64,000 nucleotides of DNA from Podarcis liolepis. Taxonomy: Eukaryota. Positions 48,895 to 62,400 of the stretch are shown piece by piece (positions within the stretch are counted from its first letter, which is position 1; each line of letters opens with the position of its first letter). Both the position numbers and the translations under genes were made by a program. The DNA is taken from the NCBI GenBank assembly GCA_965112155.1, contig OZ218108.1; one strand, written 5' to 3'. The notes below the pieces were generated by a model. The model was given only the letters and a program-made list of their open reading frames with translations, was not told the origin of the DNA and ran no database searches.

Positions 48895-50194
48895 AGAAAA
48901 CTCAGATGTTTCTCAGCCGGCATTGTTCCTCTTTGTCTCGCCTTCAGCTGAATTATGGTTTGGTATTCAGAAGACTGTGTTAGAGCTTGCAATAAATATA
49001 TTTTTGCATTTAGCCTGGAAAGCCTGTTTATAAGTTCTGTGAATCAGGTTTGTGGTTCTTTTCAGTAATGTTGTCTATGCTGAAATGGAGAGAACCTTTA
49101 GTTTACCAACAATTCTGTGTACCGTATGCCATTTTTATACATTGTTGTTAGAAGAACCTTAATGCAGAATTTTGCTGCATATACAAAATTTAAAAGAACC
49201 TGTAACTGGATACTAAAAGATCTAGTGATGTTCCTGAAAAGAAGATATGTTTTGCAGGTCTCTGGCCATTACTTGTGTAATGATGCGGGATGAGCACACA
49301 AGCTATCTGGAAATTATAGTTGCTGAGAACCACGGTAGATTCTCAAGCCAAGGAACACATTTTTTAATGCAAAGACTAGTCAGAAGCCTTATTGAATGCA
49401 AACACCTACCTTTTAACATTTACAGTTTTAATTCTTTTTAGAGACGAACCATTGATTTAGCAGAAGGTGAGGCAATGACAATAGGCATATCAGTATTTTG
49501 TTATCCATCAATTTGGAAGCATCTCAAGTGCTCAAAAAATAGCCTTTGTAAATTGTAGGTGTCAGTTAAGCTGATGATTGTGTAAAATTGTGGTGAAATC
49601 GGGGCTAACTTCTAGTACAGATAACGGAGCATGAACAATAAGCAGGTTTAAATAATCACTGGATGTATTCTATATAACTAGTATTATGCTAGAAGTCCTA
49701 GAGGCCATGGAATTATTTTTATTTTTAAAAGTCAGTGTCTTGGAACTATACTCAAAAGTCTGTGTTTCTTAAATACCCCTATTTTCAGGGGACCCAAGCT
49801 GTACCAGACTGAATGTTGGTAGAAAGCTTTTCACCCAGACCATAGTATGTTTTTGTTGTTGTTGTTTTTGTTATATGTGACAGCACTCCATTTAGTTCCA
49901 GGAATGTATACCTTTCTCTCCCCAGGTTTACCTAGTCTTGAAGCCCACAGACTGCTTCAGAGCTCAATACTGCCTTGGTTGTAGCAGTCAGTGGTGCAGC
50001 ACTATGAAACTGGGCTCTCGGCAGTGGCATTGCTTGTACCAGGGTGGGGGAAGGACAAGGCATCAGCCAGTTTGGAACAGTGCAGGTGCACAGTGGAAGC
50101 ACCAGATTGGGCCTGCCAGTGGGCCTGCACCACTGTGCCCTCACTGCCATCATGCCTCACCCACATTCCATCCCAGTAGGTGTGTTCATGTGTT

Positions 50195-50280
50195 GAAAGC
50201 CACCCAGAGTGGCTGGGACAACACAGCCAGATGGGCAGGGTATAAATAATAAAATTATTATTATTATTATCATCATCATC
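50195..50280 (+). mobile_element. L2 3' tail in the ARL15 3' region
   Basis: AAGCCACCCAGAGTGGCTGGG...CCAGATGGGCAGGGTATAAATAAT + (ATT)n/(ATC)n. Confidence 0.75.
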
Positions 50281-52067
50281 AGTAAGTGGCAGTGGCACCG
50301 CTGTCAAGAGGCTATTCGCCCCACCAACCACCCCTGCATAATACAGCAGTGGATAGTTTTTCATAAGTTGTGTTTAAATGTTGAATATTATATTCCTCTA
50401 CCAAGTACGGAGTGGAATAGATCTTGGTAAAATATTGCAGCATTGGTGGTTTTGTAGCATTTGGACATCTTTCTGTATTTTTAGCTTTGTTTTGTTTTAA
50501 TTTCCAAAGTTAAATGCAGAATATCTCCCACTTGTAATTTTTGTATAATTTACTCTAAGATACTATTGAAAAGTGAAGGGTGTCAAACAATTTCTCAATA
50601 TATAATGCACTTTGATCTGTGAACCTACGTTTTTTATTTTTATTTTTTAATAAACACCATTGGATTTTTTTGGGTAACATCTGTCATAAGCTGTGAGTTG
50701 CTTGTGAAGAATGCCACATGGTACATTATTTAGTAGTCGGGTGACTGCTAAATAGGATTTGGAGCAAAGTGGAGAAAGAGAGCTGAGAGCGATCAGAGGG
50801 CCCGAAATTCTGACAACTAAAGGTATGTATTCATTTTGCCATCATATTGTACCTATTTACAACCTGAAATGCACCTTTTATAGAGACTGGAGCTTCAAAT
50901 ATTTTAAAAAGTGTTATGATTTATCTCCGATCAATAGCTGCCTAATTTATTTGAAAGAAATCAGCGGCATGTGAGGTGGGCTATGGTTCCTTGCATTGAC
51001 CCAGGTGGTTCCTGATATGTTATTTTTGACACAGGTGAGGCTTATGTGTGCATTTTAAAATGTGCAAATAAGAGGGGATGTGCAGACAAAGAGGGAACAA
51101 TATTCTCACTTGCTTTTTACCCCTTAACTGATCCCAATTTCTGTTAGTTCAAAGGAGTGTCTTCACCAATAGATGTGCCTCAAACTGTTAAAAGGGATTT
51201 GCCTTCTAGTTGTACGAGGACCATCCACTACTATTAAGGGCTTCAAAACTATAACAAAAGAAGAGCTGAACTAGCAAAACAGAAAATAAAGCTTTAGCCG
51301 CATTGTAGTGTAAATATAGACTAGGCTTGGAATCCCATGCTCACTTTCTTGAAAGCCCCATTGAACCCACTGGGAGTTTCTTATGGTTAAAATGCATAAG
51401 GATGGGTTGCAGAACCTTTATGACAATACCTAATGACAGGGCCAGCCCAAGACATTTTGGCACCTGAAGCAAACCATAAAATGGCAGTGCTCCCAACCAG
51501 GGAAGAAGGGGTGAGTGAAGATCTACATCAGGAACAAGGGAGGAAATCAAGGTCTACATTGCGGCCCCTGTGGATCCTGCCACCTGACTTGCCTCATCTT
51601 GCCCCTGCCTAGTACACAGGGAAATATCACTTATCAAACATTTCTGATGAAAATTCTTAGATAACTCCATACTGCATTTCATACTGCAGGGTGAAACAAT
51701 ACCTCATATCTGCTAAAGGGTGGCAGAGAAGCCCTTTCTTTTTCATTGTTCTTTGGTGGTTCTGTGTGGTAGCTGAATTTAAACATCAGTAGAACTTTGA
51801 TGCGTATAAACTCTTCATTAAAAGAACACAGTTCATGAACTAATGCCATGTTTCTATCTAAACTGATCTTGAATGTACATTAAACAGCAACACAGTTCTT
51901 CAGGCACTTCATTGGCCTTCATCATACAGATGAAATGAATACCATTCCTAAGAATCTGTGGAAATTCATTAAAAAATGAACATTGTCTCTTTTCTTTTAT
52001 TTACGAAAGATGTTGTGGTGTAAGATCCTTATAGACACCTGTCACACTGATCTATGTGTGTGCATGA

Positions 52068-52105
52068 GTGTGTGTGTGTGTGTGTGTGCGCGCGCGCGCG
52101 TGCAC
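52068..52105. repeat. (TG)n(CG)n alternating purine-pyrimidine tract
   Basis: Direct reading. Confidence 0.9.
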
Positions 52106-52680
52106 CTGTGCTGGGGGTTTTCTCAGACCTATGACTGTCTATACTAGTTTGACAGTAAGAATATAAACATGATCAATCTGTATCCAAGAGGAGCTGTTTT
52201 GACAGGCCTTCTGACAGACATCAAATGCTTTACAACTGTCAGTGACTCCTTGTGTCTATCAATTCTGAGATTCTCACTGTGTTGTTTCCATGTTTAGATC
52301 CTGTGCTAATATTTCTGGAAGTGCTAGCCTTTTTGAACATCTTTAATGTGTTCAGTATTCTTTATCCTCCTCTGTATAATGTGTCATGTGTCTCAGCTTA
52401 CATATACAAATACTGTAAAAGAGAAATACGTGTCGTAATACTGAGCTTCTTGCATTTTATAAGTTATAGATGTTAGCAGATTTTTGTACTTAACAGAGTT
52501 GCTTTTTATAATGCCAAATAATTTATATTACCCAGGTTTGTATATTAGTTAATAGCAATGGTTGACACAGCTAACCCACCATATATCTGATTTTATACTA
52601 AAAGTACAGCATTGATACTTACCACATTCATGCAGGCAACTTTGATGCAGAAAGAACTGTTTGTGATTTATATAACTTAC

Positions 52681-52724
52681 GCTAACCAAAATGGAAATAA
52701 ATGCTAACCAAAATGGAAATAAAT
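52681..52724 (+). repeat. 22-bp tandem duplication containing AATAAA
   Basis: GCTAACCAAAATGGAAATAAAT x2. Confidence 0.9.
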
Positions 52725-53928
52725 TCTCTGTAGAACACATAAATATGAATGTTTCCATCAATATTAACATTTAGAAGTGTGTTTCGTTTGTAAAAAGTTC
52801 ACTGACCTCGTAAGTTCAGGGCTGTTTCTTGCAGAAGCCCTGTTGAAATGCACAAGAGCCCAGCCACTCATTTAGCGAATATAGTGAGATTGCAGCACAG
52901 GCAACTCCCTGTTTAAGCAGGGGTTGCATTTCTGGCCCCCACATGCATCGGTGGAATACACATAAGTCCATGCCACCCCCTTTCCCAACCACTTTCAGGT
53001 TCATGGCAATGTGTGCACATTCATGTGTCAATGAGACGCACAGAAAATGGTCACTGCCTGTAGTTATTTACACTGTCATTATCTCAATAAAAGTAGTATT
53101 GAATGATGAAAAGTTTAATCATGAAAAAATCTGTAGAAAGAACATTTATGCTGGAATACTAGTTCCAGTAGATCTTGCAAAAAGATAAGACAACCAAGCA
53201 GGAATCTGGTCTTTAGCTTTCCTGAAAAATCAATGTGGATTCTGAATTTTGACATGCATAAAATCTGTCAATTTCAGTTTCTCCGAGTTTCTCACTTCTC
53301 TCATTGCTGTTCTTCCCATTTCCACATTAGTTTATAATTGCTCTTTAAATGTCCGCATGAAAATGCGTACATATTTTTATGTGCATTTCATCTACTAAAC
53401 ACAGTTTTGTATGTAATCTTGCCTAGTGTAATGCACACTAATATAAGCATTGTTTTGGTTGGAGCACTGTATTGCAAAACGTGCAGAAAAGCAAAGTTTT
53501 AAATGATTGCTTTTTCTGTTTGTGTATTCATTTGAGAAATGCAAATGAAGTAGCTTCACATTAAAATGCAAACAGAGTGGATGTTCTGTATGACCCCAGA
53601 GAGGACACTAACATTAGATTCACATCTATAATACGGGGAGGGAGAATCTATTAGATAACCCGCCTTAACAGTTAGTGTTTCCTTTATAATATAATACCAC
53701 CTTGTATCTTACAATATATCAATAAAATTTTATGTACATATATAGGTCCACTGCTTTTCAGGCAGTGTATCCTGGGTGTTGAGGGGCCTTTCATGTTTTA
53801 TGTGCACTGCTGCCTTCACACAACAGCTGGTATAGCACAACTCCCCCCCCCCCAAGTTGAATGCATATACCTAGTTCATATAAATCACTCCTTAAAAGAA
53901 ATATCAGTTAAAAATAGACAATATCAGC

Positions 53929-54634
53929 TGTTGTGTGAAGGCAGCAATGCACATAAAGTGTGAAAGTCCGCAGTCCACGTATCCACATGTCCAAAGTCCT
54001 CCAGAACATCCAAGCTGAGGTCCATCAACATGGGCCATAGCTGTCAACTTTCCCCCTTTTTTAAGGGAAATTCCCTTATTCTGAATAGGATTCCTCGCAA
54101 TAAAAGGGAAAAGTTGACAGCTATGACATGGGCAGTTGAGCAGACACAGCACCTCAGCTTTGCTGCCCTTTTATACTTTGCATGCTGATTGCAGCATCTG
54201 GGCTTGATGAGGCATATGACCCTCACCTGTTCCAAGCTTACTCCAGCTGAGGAATCACACACTTCCTCATGGAGCTAGCAAGCCCCACCTAGCCAGATAG
54301 TGAGCTGGGCTGTGGGCCCTTGCCTGCCTCGGCCTCCTGGTGCTCCCCACCCGCTGCCCCCTACACCCCAGAGCCTACCGTGTTCAGGAAATGGGGTCCT
54401 CTCTGGGTCTGGTGATGAGTCCTGCTGCTCTGGTTCCTGTTCACTGATCCCATCTCCTCCATCATCCTGTGAGTACTTCCTACACCAACCTCTCCTTCCC
54501 CATCCCCAGTTTGCCCCAGTCTGTCTCAGTCCTGGCTGCACCCCTCACCAGACTCTTCGTCCTCCTCCCTGTTGTCCTGCCAGTTCATGAGACAGTGCTG
54601 TGATAGTGGTAGGCCGCTCAGTTTCATCCCAACA
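53929..54634 (-). mobile_element. Probable solo LTR, interrupted by the 90-bp hAT MITE
   Basis: TGTTG...CAACA termini. Flanks ATCAGC / ATCAGG form an imperfect TSD. TATAAAA on the minus strand near 54170. Confidence 0.6.
54036..54125. mobile_element. 90-bp hAT MITE (same terminal family as 44470-45075)
   Basis: 16-bp perfect TIR CATAGCTGTCAACTTT. 8-bp TSD ACATGGGC (54028-54035, 54126-54133). Confidence 0.93.
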
Positions 54635-56560
54635 ATCAGGGTAACATTTCTGATATGGTATTAAAGCTTTCCTTTTTTTTTTTTACATCTCTACTTCTCC
54701 CCATTGTTTTGAGATATTTGTTGTTGCCTACTTAAATGTGTTGCTTAAAATGTATAAATAATAAGAATTAGCAGCAATAGTATTGCTTAGTGTTTAATGT
54801 GGGGTTGTCACCACTCCCACTCCATTGTGTTTTTTAAAACGGATTTTTGTTGGTATATGTAAATCTCTTGCAGATTTCTGTTGAAATATAAAGCGGTACA
54901 CAATAATGTAATTAATTAGCGTGTGGTCCTATGCATGTCTTTCAAAAGTAAGTCCTGTTGAGTTCAGTAAGACTTACAGATAAGTATGGATAGAACTGCA
55001 GCTTTAATTTATCAAATAAACTTAAATATTGGCAGATGTAATTTTAAAAGTCGTTTTGAATTTAAGAAGGCACAGGCTGTGAACTATTAAGCCTTTAGTT
55101 CTCGCTGACTTTTAATTAGGCTCTCTTCGTCAGTGGAATCCTAACAGCTAAAAGTTTGCCTGTCGAATTTGCACCGTGCAAATGTGTTCACTTACTTGCT
55201 GCTCTACCTTTAAAGTAATGAGCATGACCTTAGTGTGACAGTAAATAAGGTAACATACAGCTGCTAAAATAATGACATACATTAATGGTATAAGGAATGT
55301 TTACCCTGCATTCCTCTCTATTAGTGTCCACAATTAACCTGCTCCACAGCTGAGAAAATAATTCTAGCCAGCAGTGATAAATTGACAACACTTCTCCCCA
55401 TGGAAGTGGCAACAATATTTATAGAAGTTACTACAAACAAATGCATATCAAGATATAGTACCATGTTTCACTAATTTTAGTCCTTGGGATGTGCCAAAGA
55501 TACAATATGTATATGCTATTATAGTTAAATATAACTCAGTTCCTCCCCTGCTTTTATTATTAAAACAAGGTTCACTTGCTGAGTATTTTCGCTTCTTTAC
55601 TCTCATTATGTGTGTTTTTCGTCCTGAAGTATCCGAGTGCCTAAAATTCACAGGGGCTAGGGTAGAGCGAAGAATAATCCCTAGTCTCCTGGCTCCCAGG
55701 CATCAGCCAAAACCACAAGATTATTCCTTCTTCCTTGCAGCGTACTCTGTGCACCTGGAGATGTGAAAGTACCCTTGCCAACCGTCTTGTTTTGCATGAT
55801 GAGGATCTGAATTCACACACAGTTCAGAATAGGCCTGAGGTTTTGGTTCAGGCCCATCTCCAGTGAACAGTGACAGGGCCATGGGAGCCTAGTCTAACAG
55901 ATTGTAAATAAGCTCCCTCTGTTCACTTAATACTTGATCTAACCTCACAAATGTCATGTGATCCTTTTGGTATGTTGATGCATTATTGTTGAGTTTTTTT
56001 TGACCTGGCCATTAGAAGAATCACGTACTGTGGTTTGAAAACCAAGAATTCCTGTCTGTTTTCACTTCTTTTATAATGAGGTAAAAGAAATATCTAGCAG
56101 GGACTGTCTTGGGATGCAGCCGGGCTGCTAATAGTATGCTATGTAGTTGCCATCTGGATTTTCTGAATCCTGATTGGTTGGTTGTCAAAAAACAAAACAA
56201 AACAAAACGCCAACAAAATTCAACAGCCTCTACATTTGTAATTAAGCTTGAACCAATATTAAGTCAGACGAACTTGACAATGTGTAACTTATATGTAAAT
56301 TAATTATGTGATGAAGTTGCTGCATATCGTAGCAAAGCTCATCTATAAAATACATTAGGTGCTGTCCACAAACCCCAAAGTCCATGGTTCTTTTGTGATT
56401 GGTAGAAAGAAAAGATAAGGTCATAAAGTGAATTTGTGGGGGTTGTGGTGGGGAACAATGACATTTCACACTGCCTGTTTGACAGTAATGGAAAAGTGAT
56501 ACGATCACGGGGGTGTCTGCTTGCCAACTGCAATCATTAAAGCTCATCTGAAGCAAACCA

Positions 56561-56731
56561 TGGGGAAGGGCCATAGCTCTGTAGTGCAGCATCTTCATCG
56601 CATGGAGAAGGTCTCAGGTTCTGTCCCCAGCATATCGAGGTTGGGCTGGGATTGTCCCTAGTCTGAAACCCTGGGCCTACGCTACTAAGCTAGATGGGCC
56701 AGTAGTCTAACCTGGTATAAGAGAGCTTCCT
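56561..56731 (+). mobile_element. Old tRNA-derived SINE
   Basis: GGGCCATAGCTCTGTAGTGCAGCAT...GAAGGTCTCAGGTTC tRNA-like head and CTAGATGGGCCA...GGTATAAGAGAGCTTCCT tail. Confidence 0.6.
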
Positions 56732-58907
56732 TTGTTGATTGGTTGGTTGGCATCCATCTGTCTTGGGAGACAATGGAGGAGTGCACCTTTGATGGTGAGG
56801 TCAAACTGCTGGCAGGTTGCAGCGCCTGCTGTAGATGTAGAGACCAATGCAGGAGAGACATGCTTTGTTGCAGCTGGGGCAGAGGATGGTGTCCAGTTGT
56901 GCTTCTGCAGAAGCACCGTGGTGTTTGTTCTTGCATAAAGGTGACAGCTTATAAAGTTGCCTTCATTAAAGCAAAATCAATGGCAAGTGGGAAGACAGAG
57001 TGGTTAAATGGTTGGGCTAGGACTGGGGAGACCCAGATGCCGATCCCCCCTCACTGGATAACCATGAGGCAATCCCTATCTCTCAGCCCAAACATTTTTC
57101 ATAAGGTTGCTGTGAGGATAAAAGAACCATGTATGTTGCCACAAGTTCCCTGGAGAAATGACAGATTATAAACATAATAAAATAAATACTTTTGGAAGGT
57201 CATAAATTCTAGCCTCGCACACACTGAACATAGTCGCTAGCACAAAATAATACATGAAGGGAGCTTACTCAACTTGGGTAATGTCTTCTGGGAAGCCAGT
57301 GTTTAAAAAGGAGTTTATGACTTTATAGTGCTGGGACAAGTAACATTGACAAAGGCTGAAGTTGACAACAAGATGTTGTTTGATACTATCTGTCCTGTTT
57401 TATTATGTCTACTATATGCTGCTTTGGCTTTGGATATTTTATTAGAAAGGTGTGATATAAATCTTAGTGATAAATAATAATAAACATAACTCTACAGAAA
57501 CCATCCTCCGCTCTAAATGAGAACTTGGCTCCTACACCATAACATGCTCTCCTCCTTTCAGTGTCCTGCTAGATGCAAGGCTGCCAGCTTGGAAGGCTTT
57601 AAAAGAGGATTAAGCAAATATCAGTGGCTACAAGTTACGATGGTTCTGGTCTACCTACTCTGTATGATGTTTCTGCATACCAGTGGCTGGCAATTGCAAT
57701 TGGGAAGAGTTGTTGCACTCTGTTCTACTGTTCTACTGTTCTATCTACTGGGCTAGATAGACCTTTGACCAGAACCAAACGGGCTTTGGGACAAGCCTCA
57801 AACCCGAGTTATGGGACTGTACACATGCAATATTTCTCTTCTACAGCAGCCTTCACTAAGCTGGTGTCCTCTGGATGTTTCGGACAATAGTAGCTGTGCT
57901 GACTGGGGGATCTGGGGAGCACCAAATTGGAAAAGGCTGCATAAAGGAATATATGCCACACCATGCTGAGCTACAATGTGGTTTGGAAGCGGCAGCTAGC
58001 CCAAGATGCAGCTACCAAGGAGCGTAAGTGGGATGCTCAGCCTTTCACTTTGGACTAAAAGGATGAAAATGAAACCAAAAAATACATAATAAAAAAATCA
58101 AAATGTGTATCATTTTATAGATTATTTTTATTAAGAGTGGTGCCAAGGGCACCTGTCATTAAGTGACCGCTGTGGGGGGTGTGGCATAACACACAGTGTC
58201 TGCTGTGGGGGCATGGCATAGTACCAAATTAGAGAAAGCTGGAAGATCTGCACTGGCTGCTTTTTAGGTAATGAGCCAAGTTCAGGGTTTTGTTGTTGGC
58301 GTTTGCAGCCTAAACAATGTGGGACCAGGAGATCTAGCAAACCGCCTCCCCTAGTACATACCGAGCTAATCTTTTAAGATCCTCAGATGAGACCTTGTTG
58401 ATTGTTCCAAAACCAGCGAATTGTTCTTAGGGCAGGATTCAACTAAGTTCTTGCATGCACAGAATGAGGTCTTCTCACACAATGGGACTTTCCCTTCCCA
58501 TCTCTCTGTACCCTGAATCAGCTCTAAGGGATTGGATGAACACCCAGAAAGGGTTTATGGAGCAACTGGGTGAGGAAAGGGAGGCATGCATACCCCACTT
58601 AGTGCTATGTTCAACTCCACCCTCAGTGATGCCATGGAAGTGGGACTTCCTGGTGGTAACACGCTCCTTCTGGAATGCCCTGTAATACATGAGGCAGAGG
58701 GAGTGATGACCTTTAAGCAGCTCTCAAAGACATAGGGTTACCCAGGCTTGGAGGGGCTGCCTTTATTTTTATTTTATTTGTTACGTATGCTGTTCCCATT
58801 TCATTTATGAGATACGTATCATTTTTATCTAGTTTTTGGTAATTTGAATGCATTTTTAATTATGTTTTTGTAAATGGTTAGAGATTGTTATCATTTGAGG
58901 TGGTATA

Positions 58908-59104
58908 CAATGGTACCTCCGATTACGAATGGGATCCCGAAAACTTTGTAGCTGGAGGCACCCTTCTGCGCACCCATGCGGCGCAATTGAGTGCTTCTGC
59001 GCATGCGTGCATGGCAAAACCCGGAAGTATACACTTCCAGATTTGTCGTGTTTGTAACCCGAAGTTTACGTATCCAGAGGGATACGTAAGCAGAGGTACG
59101 ACTG
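58908..59104. mobile_element. Older Tigger-like MITE
   Basis: TA flanks. Degenerate TIR CAATGGTACCTCCGATTACG / CGTAAGCAGAGGTACGACTG. Confidence 0.7.
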
Positions 59105-59122
59105 TATATATTTTTAACTAAA

Positions 59123-59417
59123 TGTTATGTACTGAGTTGAATAGGATCCAAAATGCAGCAGACTGATTGGTCCTAGAACAGGATTCAGAATGCAGCAGTC
59201 TGATTGGTCCACAGGAGCCACCCAATCCAGCTCCAGGTGGAAGTGAATCCACAACCTGATTGGCCTACAGGAGAATCCCAGAATTAGCCAATCACGTGGG
59301 GCCCATTGTGTAAATAATGTATATAAAGCAGACATTCTGGGGGGACTTCCATTCCTCCTCACCACTATGAGCTGAATAAAGAGCATGAGATCCACTCTCG
59401 ACTTCAAGTATATTTCA
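59123..59417 (+). mobile_element. Solo LTR (Gypsy-like, 295 bp)
   Basis: TG...CA termini. 5-bp TSD CTAAA (59118-59122, 59418-59422). Repeated CTGATTGG/CCAAT boxes, CACGTG 59293, TATATAAA 59320, AATAAA 59375. Confidence 0.88.
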
Positions 59418-62400
59418 CTAAATAAATATGAACAAACTGTCATTTAGCACTACATGGACAAGCCTGAATGAGTGTGAGCAGAGCGTTGAGTTCACACGCC
59501 TCCCTCCTGCCATGGCTGGGCAAAGCTCTTTGGCAGGATTTTGTTTCTGTGTTAAAGAAACCCAGCTGGGTTGTTAAACCAACCGGAGCTTGTTTTGTAC
59601 TAGGATCCCTGGTTTGAGTGTAACGTTAAGCCAGGATTCTTTAAAAAATAAAAGTAAACTCTACCAAAGCTGTCCACAGGACTGTGCAGGATACGGACTG
59701 TGTGAGTCTGATGGCTAAAACCATGGTTTTGTGTTACATATCAGCCTTTTCAGTGTCTTGCATCTGCTCCCACCCCTGGAGTAGTCCCAAGACTGCTTCA
59801 ATGAGTTAAACTTGCATTTCTTCTGTAGCAATCGCTGCAATAGGCTTCATGTCCATTTTGGTTTACATCAATTCTGGTCTGCAAGTCAGATGACCTTGAT
59901 TCTTTGATTAAATAATATGAAGATTAACAGTTGGGTTTCTTTGACCTCTCATTTTCATGCTGCCTGAAAAGCTGTGTCTCTAGAGAATCTCTAAAAAATT
60001 GGTTAAAGGTGTGGAAAGAAATCAAAGTTGTAGTGATGCTGCATATAACTTAAGATTGCTTTGGGCTTTCTCTTATCCTGAAAGGAATCCTATATCCCCA
60101 CAGTATTATCCCTTCTAGTTGCTATTTTACATAATATGTTTGGTTTAGTGCCAGTTGCACTGGTTGAGTTTGCAATTTCATCCCAGGGGAAAGGGGAAGT
60201 AATGTGAGCAGAAGAATATTGCCAGCACACTTAATCTATTGACATTTATTCTTAGGCACATATCAGCACTGGCTGTTGATTCACACAATACTTCCCTCCC
60301 CCCCCTTGCAAGCAGCTGGTATAATTGTTGCTGGAATAATACAAAACGGATGCCAGCCATATCCATAATAGGCTGGTTCATATACACATGACCTTTTCTA
60401 CGCATGCGTAGTTACTTGCATACATTTAAGAGTATTCTGTGATCCTGCCATTAGGTGTGTGTATGTATCCTCCAAAAAGCTCAGCTGTAAATAACACGTC
60501 TCTTTAAATTTCATAAATTATTTGCTAATTTTTAAAATCCAAAAAAAAAATAAACTGATCAGCTGATTGAAGAGTGTTCCTAGGAAGGCGTTTGATTCAG
60601 AAGTCTAAAGAGTTCGCATGTTCATAATACAAAAAGCCAAATGTTATTTCAGTTACAGGACAGTTGTTCGTGGGGATAAAGGCAAGAGAATGATTTCATC
60701 ATAGTTTACAAATTCTGAATTTTGTCACTGATCTGTCATTCTGTTTTTAAAGGGATGGTGTGATTATTAGCCACTGAACATAACTTGATTTTCAGGGTGG
60801 GGTTATAAATATTGTTAGTGTCATCTTACAGTACAGTTCAGTAAACAACATGTAAATATGATATTAAGGGTTTTTCCAAAAAAGGGCGCTGCAAAATAAA
60901 ACCACTCTTTGTGTATCTCTGCTCCTCCTTTTCCTAATTAATTAATTAATTGAGTCAATAGGACTTCTTTCCATTAAATTTAATTCAGGTGGCTACCAAG
61001 TAATTTATGTAAGTAATAGAAATGGAGCTTTATAGTTTATTGACAACTTCTTTTCTTAAGAGGTCTAATGTGTTAGCTGGAAGTCAAGCATTAATCCACT
61101 CTAAAGTGCCTGTGAGGCAGCTGATGACTCACTGAACAGACTTGAAAGTGTCAACAAAAAAGTGGGGCCCCTCCAGCTGATTCTTGTCTTAAGTCAAGAG
61201 CCAGCTTATCTATGGTCTAGCCAAACCCTGCAGCCATGCTGACTAATAAGACCTCCTCCCATAAATGTAGCTACCCATTTCCAGTCAATGGGACACAATT
61301 TTTTGATTTCTTTTCTTCACTTTCTGGGATTGTGCTGTAGACTTTTATTGGTTTCTTTCACACAAAAAGGGGGGGGGGAGTGTGCCTCCCTCCCCGACAT
61401 TTTTGCGTTTTTCCTTTATTCGTTTTCATCTGCTTTACTGGAAAATACTTGGCATTGCCACCTCTTTTCTTCCAGCTCAGGTTGCCTTTGGACAGCCTGC
61501 ACTCCCCAGAAGATATGTTGCTTATGTGCTTCCAGAGAAACAGATTCGTCTTCAACAGCTTCCCATTCCCCAATACATCTGTGAAATATCTAGCGAGCAC
61601 ATGATGCCAAGACGAATTTGAACTCTTTGGTCCTGGCAGCCTTACCTTGTCAACACTACAGAGCTTTCGACCAAGGTGTACCTCTCTTGAATGTGCTGGC
61701 TCAAGCCCAGGCCACTGTGAGCCTAGTGCGGTTGGATGTTTGAAAATCATTTTCTCTTGGTAGCAAAACAGCTTGGAACGAGATGAACAGTATATAGATC
61801 ATCGCTTGTTTGCTACAACAACAAATGGTAATGGTACAAATCTTATTTTTGGAAAGGCCTGCTGTCTGGCAGACACTCCCCCCCCCCCCTTAAGGTGCTT
61901 GTCTGAGTTTCACTGTTGAATGACTGGAACGAAAGTTGTAGGATGGCTGTTGTAATTAACAAAAATGTGTGTACAAGTTGTAAAGTGCTGTCTGAATCCC
62001 AAAGGGGGTAGGCTGGTGATGCACGGCACTTACTTAAAAGCGATATTGGCCCCAACCCACAGGTTCCTGCATGTAAAAGCATGCTGGATAGCAGGCTGGT
62101 GGATCACCTGTTCAGGGAAATGGAGCACACAGAGAAAGTTGGATTGAGTCCCCACTTACTGCTTTTAACAGCTGGTTGGTGCTGCGGAAGCTGGGCCAAC
62201 TATTTGAGGGGGGGCTTGCATGGAATTGATCCAAGATGTCTCTCTGTGCCCGATACAGAGTAGGGCCCAATACATCCAGGCTCATTCCTGCTGGACAATG
62301 GGTTTTCAAAATACCTTCCAGAAAACATGGTCAGATTGCTCACCAGTCTTTTCCTCTTGCTTAAAAAGAGTAAACATATAGAGATATATTATACAGATCC

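Larger units (their letters stand above)
48895..52724 (+). other. ARL15: Probable ARL15 3'UTR (end uncertain)
   Basis: Follows the stop codon. AU-rich, with AATAAA at 48991, ~50659, ~51285 and a doubled AATAAA at 52696/52718. The true cleavage site cannot be fixed from sequence alone. Confidence 0.45.

Noticed and set aside
30659-55124. Shared 13-mer TTAATTAGGCTCT at 30659 and 55112
   Set aside because: Repeated 13-mers are expected by chance in 64 kb of AT-rich DNA.
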